This document shows, piece after piece, positions 17,929 to 28,169 of a stretch of 64,000 nucleotides of DNA. Position numbers and translations under genes: made by a program. The DNA is taken from IMG/VR virus record IMGVR_UViG_3300021185_002806, one strand, 5' to 3'. The notes below the pieces were generated by a model. That model had not been told where the DNA came from, made no database searches, and saw only the letters and a program-made list of their open reading frames with translations. Position 1 is the stretch's first letter. Each line of letters opens with the position of its first letter. The DNA is from a virus.

Positions 17929-18939
17929 CTATTTTTTACCCTTACCTTTCTTTTTGTCATCCTTTTTCCATTCACCTAACATGCCACTATCTTCAATATG
18001 TTCTAGTCTTTTATTCCATAAGACCTCTTCGCCATTATCGACTATCTTATCAATATTATCGATGTAACTTGTCATGTAATGGTCAGGAAGTTCTTTACCT
18101 ACTTCCCAGAATGAAAAATCTTCTCTTGCCGCAAATAACCAGAAACTATTCACACCAAAGTTTAAACTATCTGGTTCTTCTAAATGACAATACTTACCAT
18201 TGTCTAGCAATTTAATTAATGTACCACTGTGTGCGTATCTATGCCTGTGTGTACCTGTCGGTGGCACCAATGCAACTATATCTGTCTCGTTAACAACACG
18301 GGTAAGTTTAATCTTACCTCTCATTGCTCTAGTACCGTGTGAATCTGTTACTTTAGGCTGACCATATGTGATACATTCTGCAACTTTAAATCCTGCATAA
18401 TCTAAATACCAACTTACGATTACTGCTTCTGCACCACCTAAACTATGACCTGTAACTGTTATATCCCATGTCTTATCTAATCTGCCCATGATATCATCTG
18501 CTATCATTTCAGCAGTTCTATGAAACCCAGTGTGCAGTTCGATGCCTAATCTAAAACTTTTATCTTTGAAAAACTTTATATCTTGCATTGCATTGTGAGA
18601 ATTCTTAGTTCCCCTAATTGATACATAATATGATTGTCTATGAGTATCAGTGATTACACAATACTTGATATCATTTATTTCATTTATATAAATTTTCTTA
18701 TCAAGATTTTTATACTTTTTTTGAATACTAGCATTGTCTTTATAGATATAGCTGGCTAGTTCTCCATACCATTTGATTTTAGTCCAGTCAATTTCTTTCT
18801 TGTTTACACAAGTTTCTTTGAATTTATTTTCTAAATCGTATTTTTTTACAAGGTACTTTCTAACTCTTTTTGCTAGTCTGGCTAGGAGCCAACCCTGAAT
18901 AACCCATTTTATAAAATAGTTTACTAAAAAAATCATCAT
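17929..18939 (-). CDS. Class 3 lipase
   Basis: SIRGT, HTGF, TGHSLGGA, TYGQPKV, RVVNETDIVALVP, DH. Confidence 0.9.
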   Translation of the reverse strand: MMIFLVNYFIKWVIQGWLLARLAKRVRKYLVKKYDLENKFKETCVNKKEIDWTKIKWYGELASYIYKDNASIQKKYKNLDKKIYINEINDIKYCVITDTHRQSYYVSIRGTKNSHNAMQDIKFFKDKSFRLGIELHTGFHRTAEMIADDIMGRLDKTWDITVTGHSLGGAEAVIVSWYLDYAGFKVAECITYGQPKVTDSHGTRAMRGKIKLTRVVNETDIVALVPPTGTHRHRYAHSGTLIKLLDNGKYCHLEEPDSLNFGVNSFWLFAAREDFSFWEVGKELPDHYMTSYIDNIDKIVDNGEEVLWNKRLEHIEDSGMLGEWKKDDKKKGKGKK

Positions 18940-18989
18940 AGTTTCTCCCTTCTTTATTAGATAACTACGACTATTTATCAGTATTTCTC

Positions 18990-20447
18990 TTATTCTGTTT
19001 TGTATGTGTTTGTAGGTATATGAAACCAGTGAGGTTTCTTTGGATAATCGTTCATAATTTTAGCAAGTTCAGGGAACACCTCTTGAAAGTTCTCACCTCG
19101 AACATTGTCTAAATCATTAGTATATTCCCAGAATTTCCACACCCTATGAGACCAATCCTCTTGATTGATGAATTCTACCCATCTATCAACAAATTTAATC
19201 ACAGCCTCTTTAATATCTTCTGGTTTTCGCTTACCTGAATACTCATCAATACTATCACACCATTCTATCATCTTATCACGCCATTCGTAGTATTTCTGTG
19301 TTACATACTTCTTGGCACTTAGAGGCATCGTTTTAACACATAGAAAATCAGGACCGTGTAATGGATGGGCACAGAAGTTCTCGTCATGCCATTGCCATAG
19401 ATAATCAAAATCGTACTTACCTGCTTTCACTTTCCACTCAATGAAGTCAAGTATATGTAGTACATTATATGTACTAATTGTGATAGAATCATTTAGCTTA
19501 ACATTATGATTGTTCTTTGCGAATTCTTCTACTCTGTTTATGTTTCTAAGAATGTGGTTCCATTTGACTGGATGCCTCATATATTCTAATTCTGGGCCCA
19601 TACCATCGATACTAAAACCAATCATTAATGATTTAAAATGTGACCAATATCCCATAACTTTTTCAGGTATGTTTGTCAAGTTAGTATCATACTGTAATGT
19701 AATATGACTCGCATCACCACTTTCTACGCATTCTTCTAAAAACTTGAAGTGTCTATGTATCATCATTGGTTCACCACCAATCAAATATAGATGTTCAATT
19801 TCTCCCTTGATAGCAGACATTTGTTCCCAAAATTCATCTGACTCTGCCCATGCAAATGGATTAGGAGTAATATTATATTGTTTGCCTTTAACATGTTCAA
19901 TATTGATAGAGAAAGGATCCTTGCCGCCTCGTACTTTAATATTAGCTTTATCACCTAATCTCATCATTTTCATGTAATCAGGTATCCAAGCCGAACTAAC
20001 TAGTGGATTACAAATTCTACATTTAAGATTACATAGATTACCTAACTGAATATCATAATAAAAAGGCTTATGGTCTACTGGTATTTCACCAGTTTCTTTA
20101 TTAGTAATTTTCTCTGCTTCAACTTGTGTGAAGTCTTTCCATCTGTCGCCGTATAATTGTCTCATACTACGCATACCAGATGATTCTTCATTTTTACATC
20201 TTGTACAATTAGTATGCCATTTGCCTTGTAGCATATCTAATCTTAATTCTTTACTTGTATCAGAATTCATAGCACCGTTGATGCCATCTTTTGCAACAGT
20301 ATGTACTTTGCCGTCAGTAAGCAATCTGCCTCCAACTTCTCCATGGTTCATAACACAACATCCTTTGAATGTCCCGTCAGTTATTACATGTACATCATGC
20401 CATGGCGCAATGCAAAACGTTTTAGAATTTAAATCCGTCTTCATCAA
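18990..20447 (-). CDS. Radical SAM protein with N-terminal twitch/SPASM domain
   Basis: FCIAPW...GCC...CTRC; CNLKCRIC; GGEPM; FSIDG. Confidence 0.9.
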   Translation of the reverse strand: MMKTDLNSKTFCIAPWHDVHVITDGTFKGCCVMNHGEVGGRLLTDGKVHTVAKDGINGAMNSDTSKELRLDMLQGKWHTNCTRCKNEESSGMRSMRQLYGDRWKDFTQVEAEKITNKETGEIPVDHKPFYYDIQLGNLCNLKCRICNPLVSSAWIPDYMKMMRLGDKANIKVRGGKDPFSINIEHVKGKQYNITPNPFAWAESDEFWEQMSAIKGEIEHLYLIGGEPMMIHRHFKFLEECVESGDASHITLQYDTNLTNIPEKVMGYWSHFKSLMIGFSIDGMGPELEYMRHPVKWNHILRNINRVEEFAKNNHNVKLNDSITISTYNVLHILDFIEWKVKAGKYDFDYLWQWHDENFCAHPLHGPDFLCVKTMPLSAKKYVTQKYYEWRDKMIEWCDSIDEYSGKRKPEDIKEAVIKFVDRWVEFINQEDWSHRVWKFWEYTNDLDNVRGENFQEVFPELAKIMNDYPKKPHWFHIPTNTYKTE

Positions 20448-20871
20448 TTTCTTCTTTATGGTTCTTTATAAAATCTTCCTTGTATTTAGGGTGTTCCATA
20501 TAGTACTGAGGACCTCTGCCTCCCCTATGTGCCAATCTAACACTACCAGGAAACCCTTCACAATCGCCTGTATGTCTTGGCATAAAATGTACATGAGGCC
20601 ACATTACAGATTGTCCTGCCGATACTCTCATATTCATGCCAAAATTATATCCGTCAATTTTTCCTTCAGCAATCAACTTTTCACCATATTGTACAGTTGC
20701 CTGCAAGGCTATCGTAATAAATTTTGTGTTATTTTCTTTAGGAACAAATAATAGATGACCATCACATACTGGCCACTTGTCTTCAAACGCTTTATAATAT
20801 TCTGTTTCTTCTATTACGTTTTGTTTATTCTTTTCAAATGGGGTGTCTTCAAATTTTTCTATCATGCCCAT
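20422..20871 (-). CDS. HIT family hydrolase
   Basis: GHLLFVPK, AGQSVMWPHVHFMPR. Confidence 0.88.
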   Translation of the reverse strand: MGMIEKFEDTPFEKNKQNVIEETEYYKAFEDKWPVCDGHLLFVPKENNTKFITIALQATVQYGEKLIAEGKIDGYNFGMNMRVSAGQSVMWPHVHFMPRHTGDCEGFPGSVRLAHRGGRGPQYYMEHPKYKEDFIKNHKEEIDEDGFKF

Positions 20872-21575
20872 GCATCCATTACAGGCAATAATCGATTTAC
20901 AACTTCTGCCGCTTTTGTCGAACTATCGTCAACAAATTCATTAAAATCAAAATGCGAATCATTTCCTGCAAGGTCACTTAACACTCTTACTACAACGAAT
21001 GGTTTGTGCCAGTTACATGCCACTTGTGCGATTGCGGCACCTTCCATTTCTATTGCATCTGCTTTAAATTGTTTATGAAACATATCTCTTGTTTTCGCAC
21101 ATGCTAGATAAGTGTCACCTGTTAAAATTCTACCAAATTTAGCGTCATCTCCTAATGCATGTTTTACTGCGTCACGCATATCTATTGACATTTTATAAGA
21201 TACATCTTCATGTTCATCTACCATCCCAGGAAAGCTACCCGGAATTGCACTGATTACTTGTCCGTTTACTACTGCACCATAATCATGTTGTATGAGTTGT
21301 TCAGCAATTAATACATCACCAATCTCATACTTAGGATTTAATCCACCTGCTACACCTGAGAACACAATACTATCGCACCCAAAATGTCCTAACAGCAAAG
21401 ATGTAGTCATACTAGCATTAACTTTACCGATACCACACTCTGCCGCAATTACCTTTACACCATTCATAGACCCGAATTGAAAAATCTTATTGATAATCGT
21501 TTCAGTTCTTGGTTCGCTATCCCATTCTAATTTTGAATATTCTTCTGGGATCGCTGATATTACACCTACTGTCAT
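20862..21575 (-). CDS. mtnN: MTA/SAH nucleosidase
   Basis: GIGKVNA, SGVAGG, QHD, EMEGAAIAQV, RVLSDLA. Confidence 0.92.
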   Translation of the reverse strand: MTVGVISAIPEEYSKLEWDSEPRTETIINKIFQFGSMNGVKVIAAECGIGKVNASMTTSLLLGHFGCDSIVFSGVAGGLNPKYEIGDVLIAEQLIQHDYGAVVNGQVISAIPGSFPGMVDEHEDVSYKMSIDMRDAVKHALGDDAKFGRILTGDTYLACAKTRDMFHKQFKADAIEMEGAAIAQVACNWHKPFVVVRVLSDLAGNDSHFDFNEFVDDSSTKAAEVVNRLLPVMDAWA

Positions 21576-21585
21576 TTTTATTTCC

Positions 21586-21810
21586 TTAATTAATCCAATA
21601 AATCCATACTAGCATTGGTATTATGATTGCAAACTGTGGTAAGAAATTCAATATAATTGCTTTCTCATTCCATTTGTAACCTACATATATCCAACCACTT
21701 GCACCAATCATTTGTATGATGCTATTCCATGGTGTGATACCCGCAACGTGTAATACCATTGCAATTAATATTAAGATTGCACTTGCATATTTAATATATA
21801 CTATGTTCAT
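21586..21810 (-). CDS. Small membrane protein (DUF6552-like)
   Basis: GWIYVGYKWNEKAIILN; paralog at 47669. Confidence 0.6.
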   Translation of the reverse strand: MNIVYIKYASAILILIAMVLHVAGITPWNSIIQMIGASGWIYVGYKWNEKAIILNFLPQFAIIIPMLVWIYWIN

Positions 21811-21837
21811 TATATCAAATACAAATCATAAAGTCAA
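21809..21837 (-). promoter_or_regulatory. Sigma70-like promoter
   Basis: TTGACT-N17-TATAAT. Confidence 0.55.
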
Positions 21838-21838
21838 T

Positions 21839-22249
21839 TTATAATTTGCCTTCCTTTCGCATTTCTGCTCTTATTTTTGTAGCACTAATACTATGTATCT
21901 CTTTTCCTAAGTCATGTTCTGTGAATGTATATCCTACTCCTCTGCCATAACTAATATCTACAATATTAGGTACTCTCATTATGATATATTCATGACCGTA
22001 TGTATATCCTACTTTTTCTAATTCTTTCTTAATGTTTTCTTCGACATCTGTAGCAATAAAAGGGTTATCATCTTGTACGACTGTACGACCACCACTTGCG
22101 TCTTCTTGTTGTGGAACAGTTCTAATTTGAATACATACTTGTCCTGTTTCTGCTAATGCACGTTTGAACAATTCTGTATGACCATCATGCCAAGGTTGCC
22201 ATCTGCCTAGCATTTGTGTTGTTGGTTTGAACTCATTGAAAATCGTCAT
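21839..22249 (-). CDS. HxGH-family nucleotidyltransferase
   Basis: GRWQPWHDGH, ISATKIR. Confidence 0.85.
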   Translation of the reverse strand: MTIFNEFKPTTQMLGRWQPWHDGHTELFKRALAETGQVCIQIRTVPQQEDASGGRTVVQDDNPFIATDVEENIKKELEKVGYTYGHEYIIMRVPNIVDISYGRGVGYTFTEHDLGKEIHSISATKIRAEMRKEGKL

Positions 22250-22727
22250 TCTCTAATCTCCATGCACTGTATCCTACAGGTGTTGTTGTTTTCTTTTTCA
22301 TATATCTTTCTACAATAGGAACTAATTGAGTATGTGTATCATCGAACCATTTTGCGACATGATAATCTCTTTCATATACACCGGGTTTTTCAAACATCTT
22401 GTTTGTGTCTTCGTATCTACCTTCTTCAATAGTATCCATCCATACTGTAAAGTCTGCACCAAATTCTTCTCTTGCTTTTTGTGTGGGGCAAACAAAGTCA
22501 GCAACCGCAATTTTGCCAGCCATAATTACTCCATCAGTAAGCAACTTCATTCTTTGTGCTTGTCTCATACGTCCTTCGGGACTAAAGTCCCACTTACTCA
22601 TATCATGCCCTTCATACTTTTCTCGTACTCTATCTGCATTGACATGAACGCCTCCAAGAAGTTTTGCTAGTGGTTCTGCAAGAGTACTCTTGCCACTTCC
22701 CGGTAAACCAAATATTAAAATTTTCAT
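22233..22727 (-). CDS. cysC: Adenylylsulfate kinase-like protein
   Basis: GLPGSGKSTLA, NADRVR, DFSPEGR, FVCPT, FEKP. Confidence 0.8.
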   Translation of the reverse strand: MKILIFGLPGSGKSTLAEPLAKLLGGVHVNADRVREKYEGHDMSKWDFSPEGRMRQAQRMKLLTDGVIMAGKIAVADFVCPTQKAREEFGADFTVWMDTIEEGRYEDTNKMFEKPGVYERDYHVAKWFDDTHTQLVPIVERYMKKKTTTPVGYSAWRLENDDFQ

Positions 22728-23365
22728 ATTGCCCCTTTCCGACTACTTGCTAATTTTATTATTTTATCCAATTCTGATTCTGTTTGTGAGATATATTTTT
22801 CGTTTGCGTCTTTAGATAATATCTCTAGTAATCTAATATTGTCTTCTGTTAATTCACTATCCAATAATCCTAATTCTTTTTCTAACCATTGTAAATAATT
22901 TAACTTGTATAAGTATAACATTTCTTGGCTTGCAAAGATAGTCCTAAAATTAAAAATTATACTATCTATCTGTGACATAAAATCAGGAGTAGTGTGTTTT
23001 CCTCTCACACGTTCTTGTTGTAATCTAATAATATTTCTATCTCTGCCTATTATTAGAAATTGAATATCAGCAAATTTCTTAGCTATATTTATGAATTCTT
23101 TATATTGTGGAATAGTTTCTACACCATCATCAAAATATGGGCAACTGATACTTGTGATGAAATACTGACTTTGTTTCCAGTCAAAATCATTTAGTTTTAA
23201 AGGATCTTTCCAGCACTCTGCAAAGGGTTCTAAATCATGGCCTTCCCAATACTTTTCTTGCAATGCAGGCCATACGAATATATTTTTATTTTGTCCTAGT
23301 GCTTTACTGAATAAGTGATTACCACTTCCCTGTGGCCCTGTCATTATTGTTAATAATGGTTTCAA
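22724..23365 (-). CDS. Sulfotransferase-like P-loop protein
   Basis: TGPQGSGNHLFSK; IIGRD. Confidence 0.55.
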   Translation of the reverse strand: MKPLLTIMTGPQGSGNHLFSKALGQNKNIFVWPALQEKYWEGHDLEPFAECWKDPLKLNDFDWKQSQYFITSISCPYFDDGVETIPQYKEFINIAKKFADIQFLIIGRDRNIIRLQQERVRGKHTTPDFMSQIDSIIFNFRTIFASQEMLYLYKLNYLQWLEKELGLLDSELTEDNIRLLEILSKDANEKYISQTESELDKIIKLASSRKGAI

Positions 23366-23580
23366 CGTTTACCCCATTTTACTATATTCCATATACGTTC
23401 ATGTATATAAAATACTATAGTGTTGGCTGTTAATTGAATGATTGCAATAGAACCACTGATAGTTAAATCACGTAGTATTGCATAACTGATTAAAAATGTA
23501 CAAAGAGTTCCTGTTAATCTCCAAGATACAGTTTTAACAAGACTTCTTACTCTAGTGTCCAAAATAATTCTCCAATTCAC
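23362..23580 (-). CDS. DUF2061 membrane protein
   Basis: RSLVKTVSWR...YIHERIW...WG. Confidence 0.85.
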   Translation of the reverse strand: MNWRIILDTRVRSLVKTVSWRLTGTLCTFLISYAILRDLTISGSIAIIQLTANTIVFYIHERIWNIVKWGKR

Positions 23581-24619
23581 CTTCTCGGTCTATGTCACTT
23601 GTAATACAATGTATACCGCCGCCCCAAAAATACCTATGACGAAAGTGGCTGATATGTTGTTCAATTCCATTTTCTTTTAACTTCTTTTTTACTTGTGGAT
23701 TGTCGTTAAACACTATAACATTTGATTCGTCTATGCTTAATATGTTTGCATCAAATACATTACGACTGCAATATTCTTGCCAGCCGTTGTCTAACCATTC
23801 ATATACAAGTTCTTTTCTTTCTTGGTCAGCATCTTTATTCCACATTTTCCAACTACGACTTTGTTTATATTCTAACCACTTATCCATTTTAGCCCAACTA
23901 TCATTTAACACACTAATGACAGTCCATCCTGGAAATGTACTTGCATAACGTGGTGCTTCGTATAAACTTAATAACACACCTGGTTTCAGTGGCCTATAAC
24001 CTCCATCTTGGAATCCAAGAACATCAAAATATCTATTGTCATATTCACTTGCAAATTCATTAACAAACTTATCAAATTCTGTTGTTGGCAATGGGAAGTT
24101 TTGAAATGTTCCTAAACTATATGTGATTCTTGTACCTATCTTAGTGATGTAGCCTTCAGCATTTAACACTGTATCGCTATGTTTAATTGAATTACCATGA
24201 CTTTGTACAAAGTCTAATATATTTTGATACTGTGGTAGTTGATATGGTTTCAACCAATGTATAAATTGTTCACCCAACATCATAAACCAATCACGTGGTT
24301 CCATTGGTGGAGGCAAAAGACAATCAAAAGTAGGAAAGTCCGTTTCTCCATTTTGAAATCCATATTGTTTAAAGAATGCGTTGTTGGTTTTTCTTTTTAC
24401 AAACTCTGCTTTTTCTTCTACAACAGGTCTAATTGTTTCTACATCAAACTGATGTAGCAAATTAATTAGGTGTTGATAATCTTCTTCTGTTTCTTCCGCT
24501 ATGCGTTGCCATCTACTTCTTGTGCCACTGTCTTCAATAAAGTTATAAAACTCTGGAGCATAACTTTTTCCAACAATACACTTGCGAAGTGGCTGAAACA
24601 TACAATGACGTTTTAGCAT
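23552..24619 (-). CDS. Amidinotransferase-family protein
   Basis: PLRKCIVG, EETEED, PRD, FDANILSID, GGGIHCITSD. Confidence 0.82.
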   Translation of the reverse strand: MLKRHCMFQPLRKCIVGKSYAPEFYNFIEDSGTRSRWQRIAEETEEDYQHLINLLHQFDVETIRPVVEEKAEFVKRKTNNAFFKQYGFQNGETDFPTFDCLLPPPMEPRDWFMMLGEQFIHWLKPYQLPQYQNILDFVQSHGNSIKHSDTVLNAEGYITKIGTRITYSLGTFQNFPLPTTEFDKFVNEFASEYDNRYFDVLGFQDGGYRPLKPGVLLSLYEAPRYASTFPGWTVISVLNDSWAKMDKWLEYKQSRSWKMWNKDADQERKELVYEWLDNGWQEYCSRNVFDANILSIDESNVIVFNDNPQVKKKLKENGIEQHISHFRHRYFWGGGIHCITSDIDREGELENYFGH

Positions 24620-25363
24620 TTAAATCTGCCATATCGTATCACGTGACCCATTAGCGATAATTTCTCTAGTCTTTTCAGATTTTAATCCTGTAATCTGAAT
24701 AGATGGTCTAGGGAAATTACTTGCGTTTGCAGTGGCATGTGGTGCGTTAGCCCAATCAAAAATATGAGCCTCACCAGCTTTCCATCTTTCGTAGATACAA
24801 TTTCCATACATATAAAATTGTCCTGGTTTCCAATCATCTAAGAAAAATGTAATACGACATACTTGTTCTGGATCATCGATACATCTGTCCCATAGTTTAT
24901 CAATATGTAAATTAAACATTTGACCTGTTAACTGCACATGGGCACGATATTTTAATTCATCTTTTCCGCCTATTACTCCAAAGTGTTCTTTCATTTTAAC
25001 AAGCATTGGATAATCTTCTAACTCATCTTTCATATTTGTAAGCATAAGTTTTTTAGGATCCCCACCACCTTGTGCAATATCATATTCTTCTTGTTTTAAC
25101 ATTGGGGACTCGTCTTCTCTATCTCCGTAGAATTTACGAGTTTCCCAATTAATAGCTTTTATTGATTGCTCAACTAATCTATCTCTATCTTCTTTCCACA
25201 AATCTGGATTATCAAATCGGCCTAATACCTTAAACCATTCACCTTCTTTATCAACTTTGTTATCATCAAAATGATATTCGCTATGTGCTACTGTCCAATC
25301 CCAATTCGATTCGAATTCAGATGGATCTTTTAAGGTCTTAGACCAATTTGTTTTGTGTATCAT
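24620..25363 (-). CDS. Fe(II)/2OG hydroxylase (Asp/Asn beta-hydroxylase-like)
   Basis: HID...WKAGE...PHATAN...QITG. Confidence 0.7.
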   Translation of the reverse strand: MIHKTNWSKTLKDPSEFESNWDWTVAHSEYHFDDNKVDKEGEWFKVLGRFDNPDLWKEDRDRLVEQSIKAINWETRKFYGDREDESPMLKQEEYDIAQGGGDPKKLMLTNMKDELEDYPMLVKMKEHFGVIGGKDELKYRAHVQLTGQMFNLHIDKLWDRCIDDPEQVCRITFFLDDWKPGQFYMYGNCIYERWKAGEAHIFDWANAPHATANASNFPRPSIQITGLKSEKTREIIANGSRDTIWQI

Positions 25364-26883
25364 GTATAATCGAGTCCTTTATCTTTTCTTACAAGACTAT
25401 TTATGAATATACCTAAAGCTATAAGAATACATACAAGAAAAATAGGATGATTATAAATGTTGAATAAATCAAACCATCTAAAGTCTGACATCGAACTCAA
25501 TCCTGGTTTCCAGAATTTATAACCGTACAACTGTAGTGTTCCCCAAAAATATTCATCAATTTTAAATGCTACAACGTATGCAACTAGAATTGCTGGTCTA
25601 CTAATATTAAAGTGTTTACATACTACACCAATAGCACTTAAGATAACGAGTAGAACAAAGTCTTCCCATCCACCTGTGTATTGCATATTAGCCCACGTTA
25701 TGACTATCAAAATAAATGTTGCATAAATCCAGAAAGGAACTTCTAATACTTTAAGAATCCATTTGTATAAAACTATACTTAATAATGCCACACCAATTGT
25801 TCCAAAAATATAACCAAATGCTAAACTGTTTGTAAAGTTGACATCTTCTAATAGACTTGGTCTACCAATCTCCATACCAAAGTACATACATATTGCCATA
25901 ACCATGGCCGCAAATGGTGCCGCAGGTATACCAAACAAACAAGCAGGTATCATACTAGATACTTTCTGTGCATTGTTGGCTCCTTCACAGCCTAGTAACC
26001 CTACAGGATTACCTTCACCAAATGGAATTTCTTGGTCTTTTTCTTTGTGTGCGGCTTTTGTGGCACCGTATGCTAAGAAGTCGCCTACTGCTCCTCCTAC
26101 ACCTGGCAATAAGCCAGTTACGAATCCAATTAGTCCACCTCTACACATATCTTTCCAATGTCTTCTACAATCACCAAAGCCTTGTTTAAGGCCTTCCCAA
26201 TAACTTCCTTCCATTGGTGGTGCCGCTGATTTTAATTGTTTCTTAAATCCATCTAATAGTTCTGGAACTCCAAATAGTCCTGATAGTAAAACTACCATAC
26301 CTATTCCATTTTGTAAATATTCCCAACCAAACGTTAGTCTAGGATTACTTACAACATCTTCTCCTACCATACCTACACATAATCCAAAGATAATAGCACA
26401 GATACTTAAGAAAACATTTTTACTTGCCACAAAGCCTACACAGGCTAGGGCCATTGTCATGAAGCCCAGAAACTCTGGACGTCCAAATAATACAATTACT
26501 TTCCCATAATAAGGAAGTAAAAAGAAAGTCAATGCCGCAAATATAACTCCATTAAATGTAGAATCAGTTATAGCAATTCCCATTGCTCTTGCCGCCTGAC
26601 CTTTTTTAGCCATAGGGTAACCATCAATAACACAGGCCGCAGTCGTACTTGCACCAGGTATACCAGTAAGAATACTTGTATAACTATCTGCACTGGCACA
26701 ACTTGCCACGATTGCAGTCAGAAAGACCAACCCCAAGTAGGGGTCGGCCATAAAATATGCACCCATGCTGAATACAGTAATTAGTGCTGTGGTAACACCT
26801 GCGATAGGAATAATACCAATTAGCATTCCATACACGGTGCCGGCCATAGCCCACATTACATATTCCATCCACATGAATTCCAT
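25360..26883 (-). CDS. tctA: Tripartite tricarboxylate transporter permease TctA
   Basis: GIPG...DGYPMAKKGQA, GLLPGVG, EGANNA, GIP. Confidence 0.9.
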   Translation of the reverse strand: MEFMWMEYVMWAMAGTVYGMLIGIIPIAGVTTALITVFSMGAYFMADPYLGLVFLTAIVASCASADSYTSILTGIPGASTTAACVIDGYPMAKKGQAARAMGIAITDSTFNGVIFAALTFFLLPYYGKVIVLFGRPEFLGFMTMALACVGFVASKNVFLSICAIIFGLCVGMVGEDVVSNPRLTFGWEYLQNGIGMVVLLSGLFGVPELLDGFKKQLKSAAPPMEGSYWEGLKQGFGDCRRHWKDMCRGGLIGFVTGLLPGVGGAVGDFLAYGATKAAHKEKDQEIPFGEGNPVGLLGCEGANNAQKVSSMIPACLFGIPAAPFAAMVMAICMYFGMEIGRPSLLEDVNFTNSLAFGYIFGTIGVALLSIVLYKWILKVLEVPFWIYATFILIVITWANMQYTGGWEDFVLLVILSAIGVVCKHFNISRPAILVAYVVAFKIDEYFWGTLQLYGYKFWKPGLSSMSDFRWFDLFNIYNHPIFLVCILIALGIFINSLVRKDKGLDYT

Positions 26884-26894
26884 AAGCTACTCTC

Positions 26895-27962
26895 CTATTG
26901 TTCTAGTAGCTCTGGTTTGTAGATTGATGGAAAACCATATGCTTCTTGATTCCATCTAACTGCATTTTTCAATGCGTCTTCTGTAATCAATGACTTCATA
27001 ATGTCAAGCATTTTTTGTCCATCTTTACCTTCAATCCAAGGATACGTTCCAGTTTTAGCATAAATTTCTGCACTTGCTACTGGATCATTAATCATTTCGT
27101 GCAATGCGTCACGTAGGATTTGTGTATTTGGATTACCTTTGTTTACCCATAATGATTTCTGAACAACATCACGCCAGTTACGAGTAAGTCGGTATGCTTC
27201 ATATAACTCACCTGATGGTCTTTCGCCCCATAACTTCTCATATACATCTTCCATTTGAGAACCTGGGAAGTTTGGATCATTCATTTGTACTTTGTTTTCT
27301 AAGTCCAAAATACCATGTGTGAACCATAGTTCTTGTTCAACGTCTGTGTAAAAACGATTCCATGCCGCTGGTGATTCTCTTGTTACATCAAATTCACCGT
27401 TCATAAAGCCTAGACGTTTTTCTCCGCCTGCAACACCGTTAATCCAATTAACACGCTCTCTCCAACATTCTAAATATGCATCGATTGAACCGTTTGGTTG
27501 TGGTCCACAAACAAGCATAGCAAGAGCGGCGCCATCTGGCTCATAGCCTGATCCACCAGCAATAATCCACGTGCCTGTTTTTTCATCTTTACCGTTTTGT
27601 TTACCAAGAACGATATCATTGTTCATTGAACCAATTAAGTCATATTCAAAATAATTGTAATCAACTTTATCTAATAGAAACGATACACCGTTACCACCAT
27701 GTGCAACCATGATTGTTTTGTCATCAAATCTTAGTGAGTTATGGAACTTGTTATATCCAGGAATATCTCTAGCACCTGGAATGTGTCTAATAACAACTTT
27801 CTCTCCATCTGGTAAGAACTTTTCTAAGTTCTTAGCAATGATTTCTCCCCATACAGAAGTACCTTTACCAGGTTCCTGAGGGACAATCAATGTATAATCA
27901 GCCAATGCCGATGTTGCAAGACCAAATGTCAATGCAACTGTCATTAGTAGTTTTCTAAACAT
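26895..27962 (-). CDS. tctC: Tripartite tricarboxylate transporter substrate-binding protein TctC (Bug family)
   Basis: Signal peptide MFRKLL...ALA-D, TLIVPQEPGKGT, HIPGA; AAGGAG RBS supports start 27962. Confidence 0.8.
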   Translation of the reverse strand: MFRKLLMTVALTFGLATSALADYTLIVPQEPGKGTSVWGEIIAKNLEKFLPDGEKVVIRHIPGARDIPGYNKFHNSLRFDDKTIMVAHGGNGVSFLLDKVDYNYFEYDLIGSMNNDIVLGKQNGKDEKTGTWIIAGGSGYEPDGAALAMLVCGPQPNGSIDAYLECWRERVNWINGVAGGEKRLGFMNGEFDVTRESPAAWNRFYTDVEQELWFTHGILDLENKVQMNDPNFPGSQMEDVYEKLWGERPSGELYEAYRLTRNWRDVVQKSLWVNKGNPNTQILRDALHEMINDPVASAEIYAKTGTYPWIEGKDGQKMLDIMKSLITEDALKNAVRWNQEAYGFPSIYKPELLEQ

Positions 27963-27974
27963 ATATTTCTCCTT

Positions 27975-28123
27975 TGTGAGTTTAGTTTTTTTAAAGAATA
28001 GTATATGAGTAGATATTACAAAGTAATGCCCATACACCTTTCTTCAAAAGTTAAAGTTTTTTGAGGGTTAGACATGTTCTGCAACTCTGCAATACATGTT
28101 GAAATACGGTTCCGTATTACTTT
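27975..28123 (-). promoter_or_regulatory. Structured 5' leader of tctC
   Basis: Four hairpins between GATAAATA (28124-28131) and the RBS. Confidence 0.45.
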
Positions 28124-28169
28124 TATTTATCATAATTATATGCTAATATAATTCTAAAGGCTATTTTTT

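Noticed and set aside
27963-28037. N-terminal extension of TctC in the ORF track
   Set aside because: The AAGGAG RBS and signal peptide place the start at 27962
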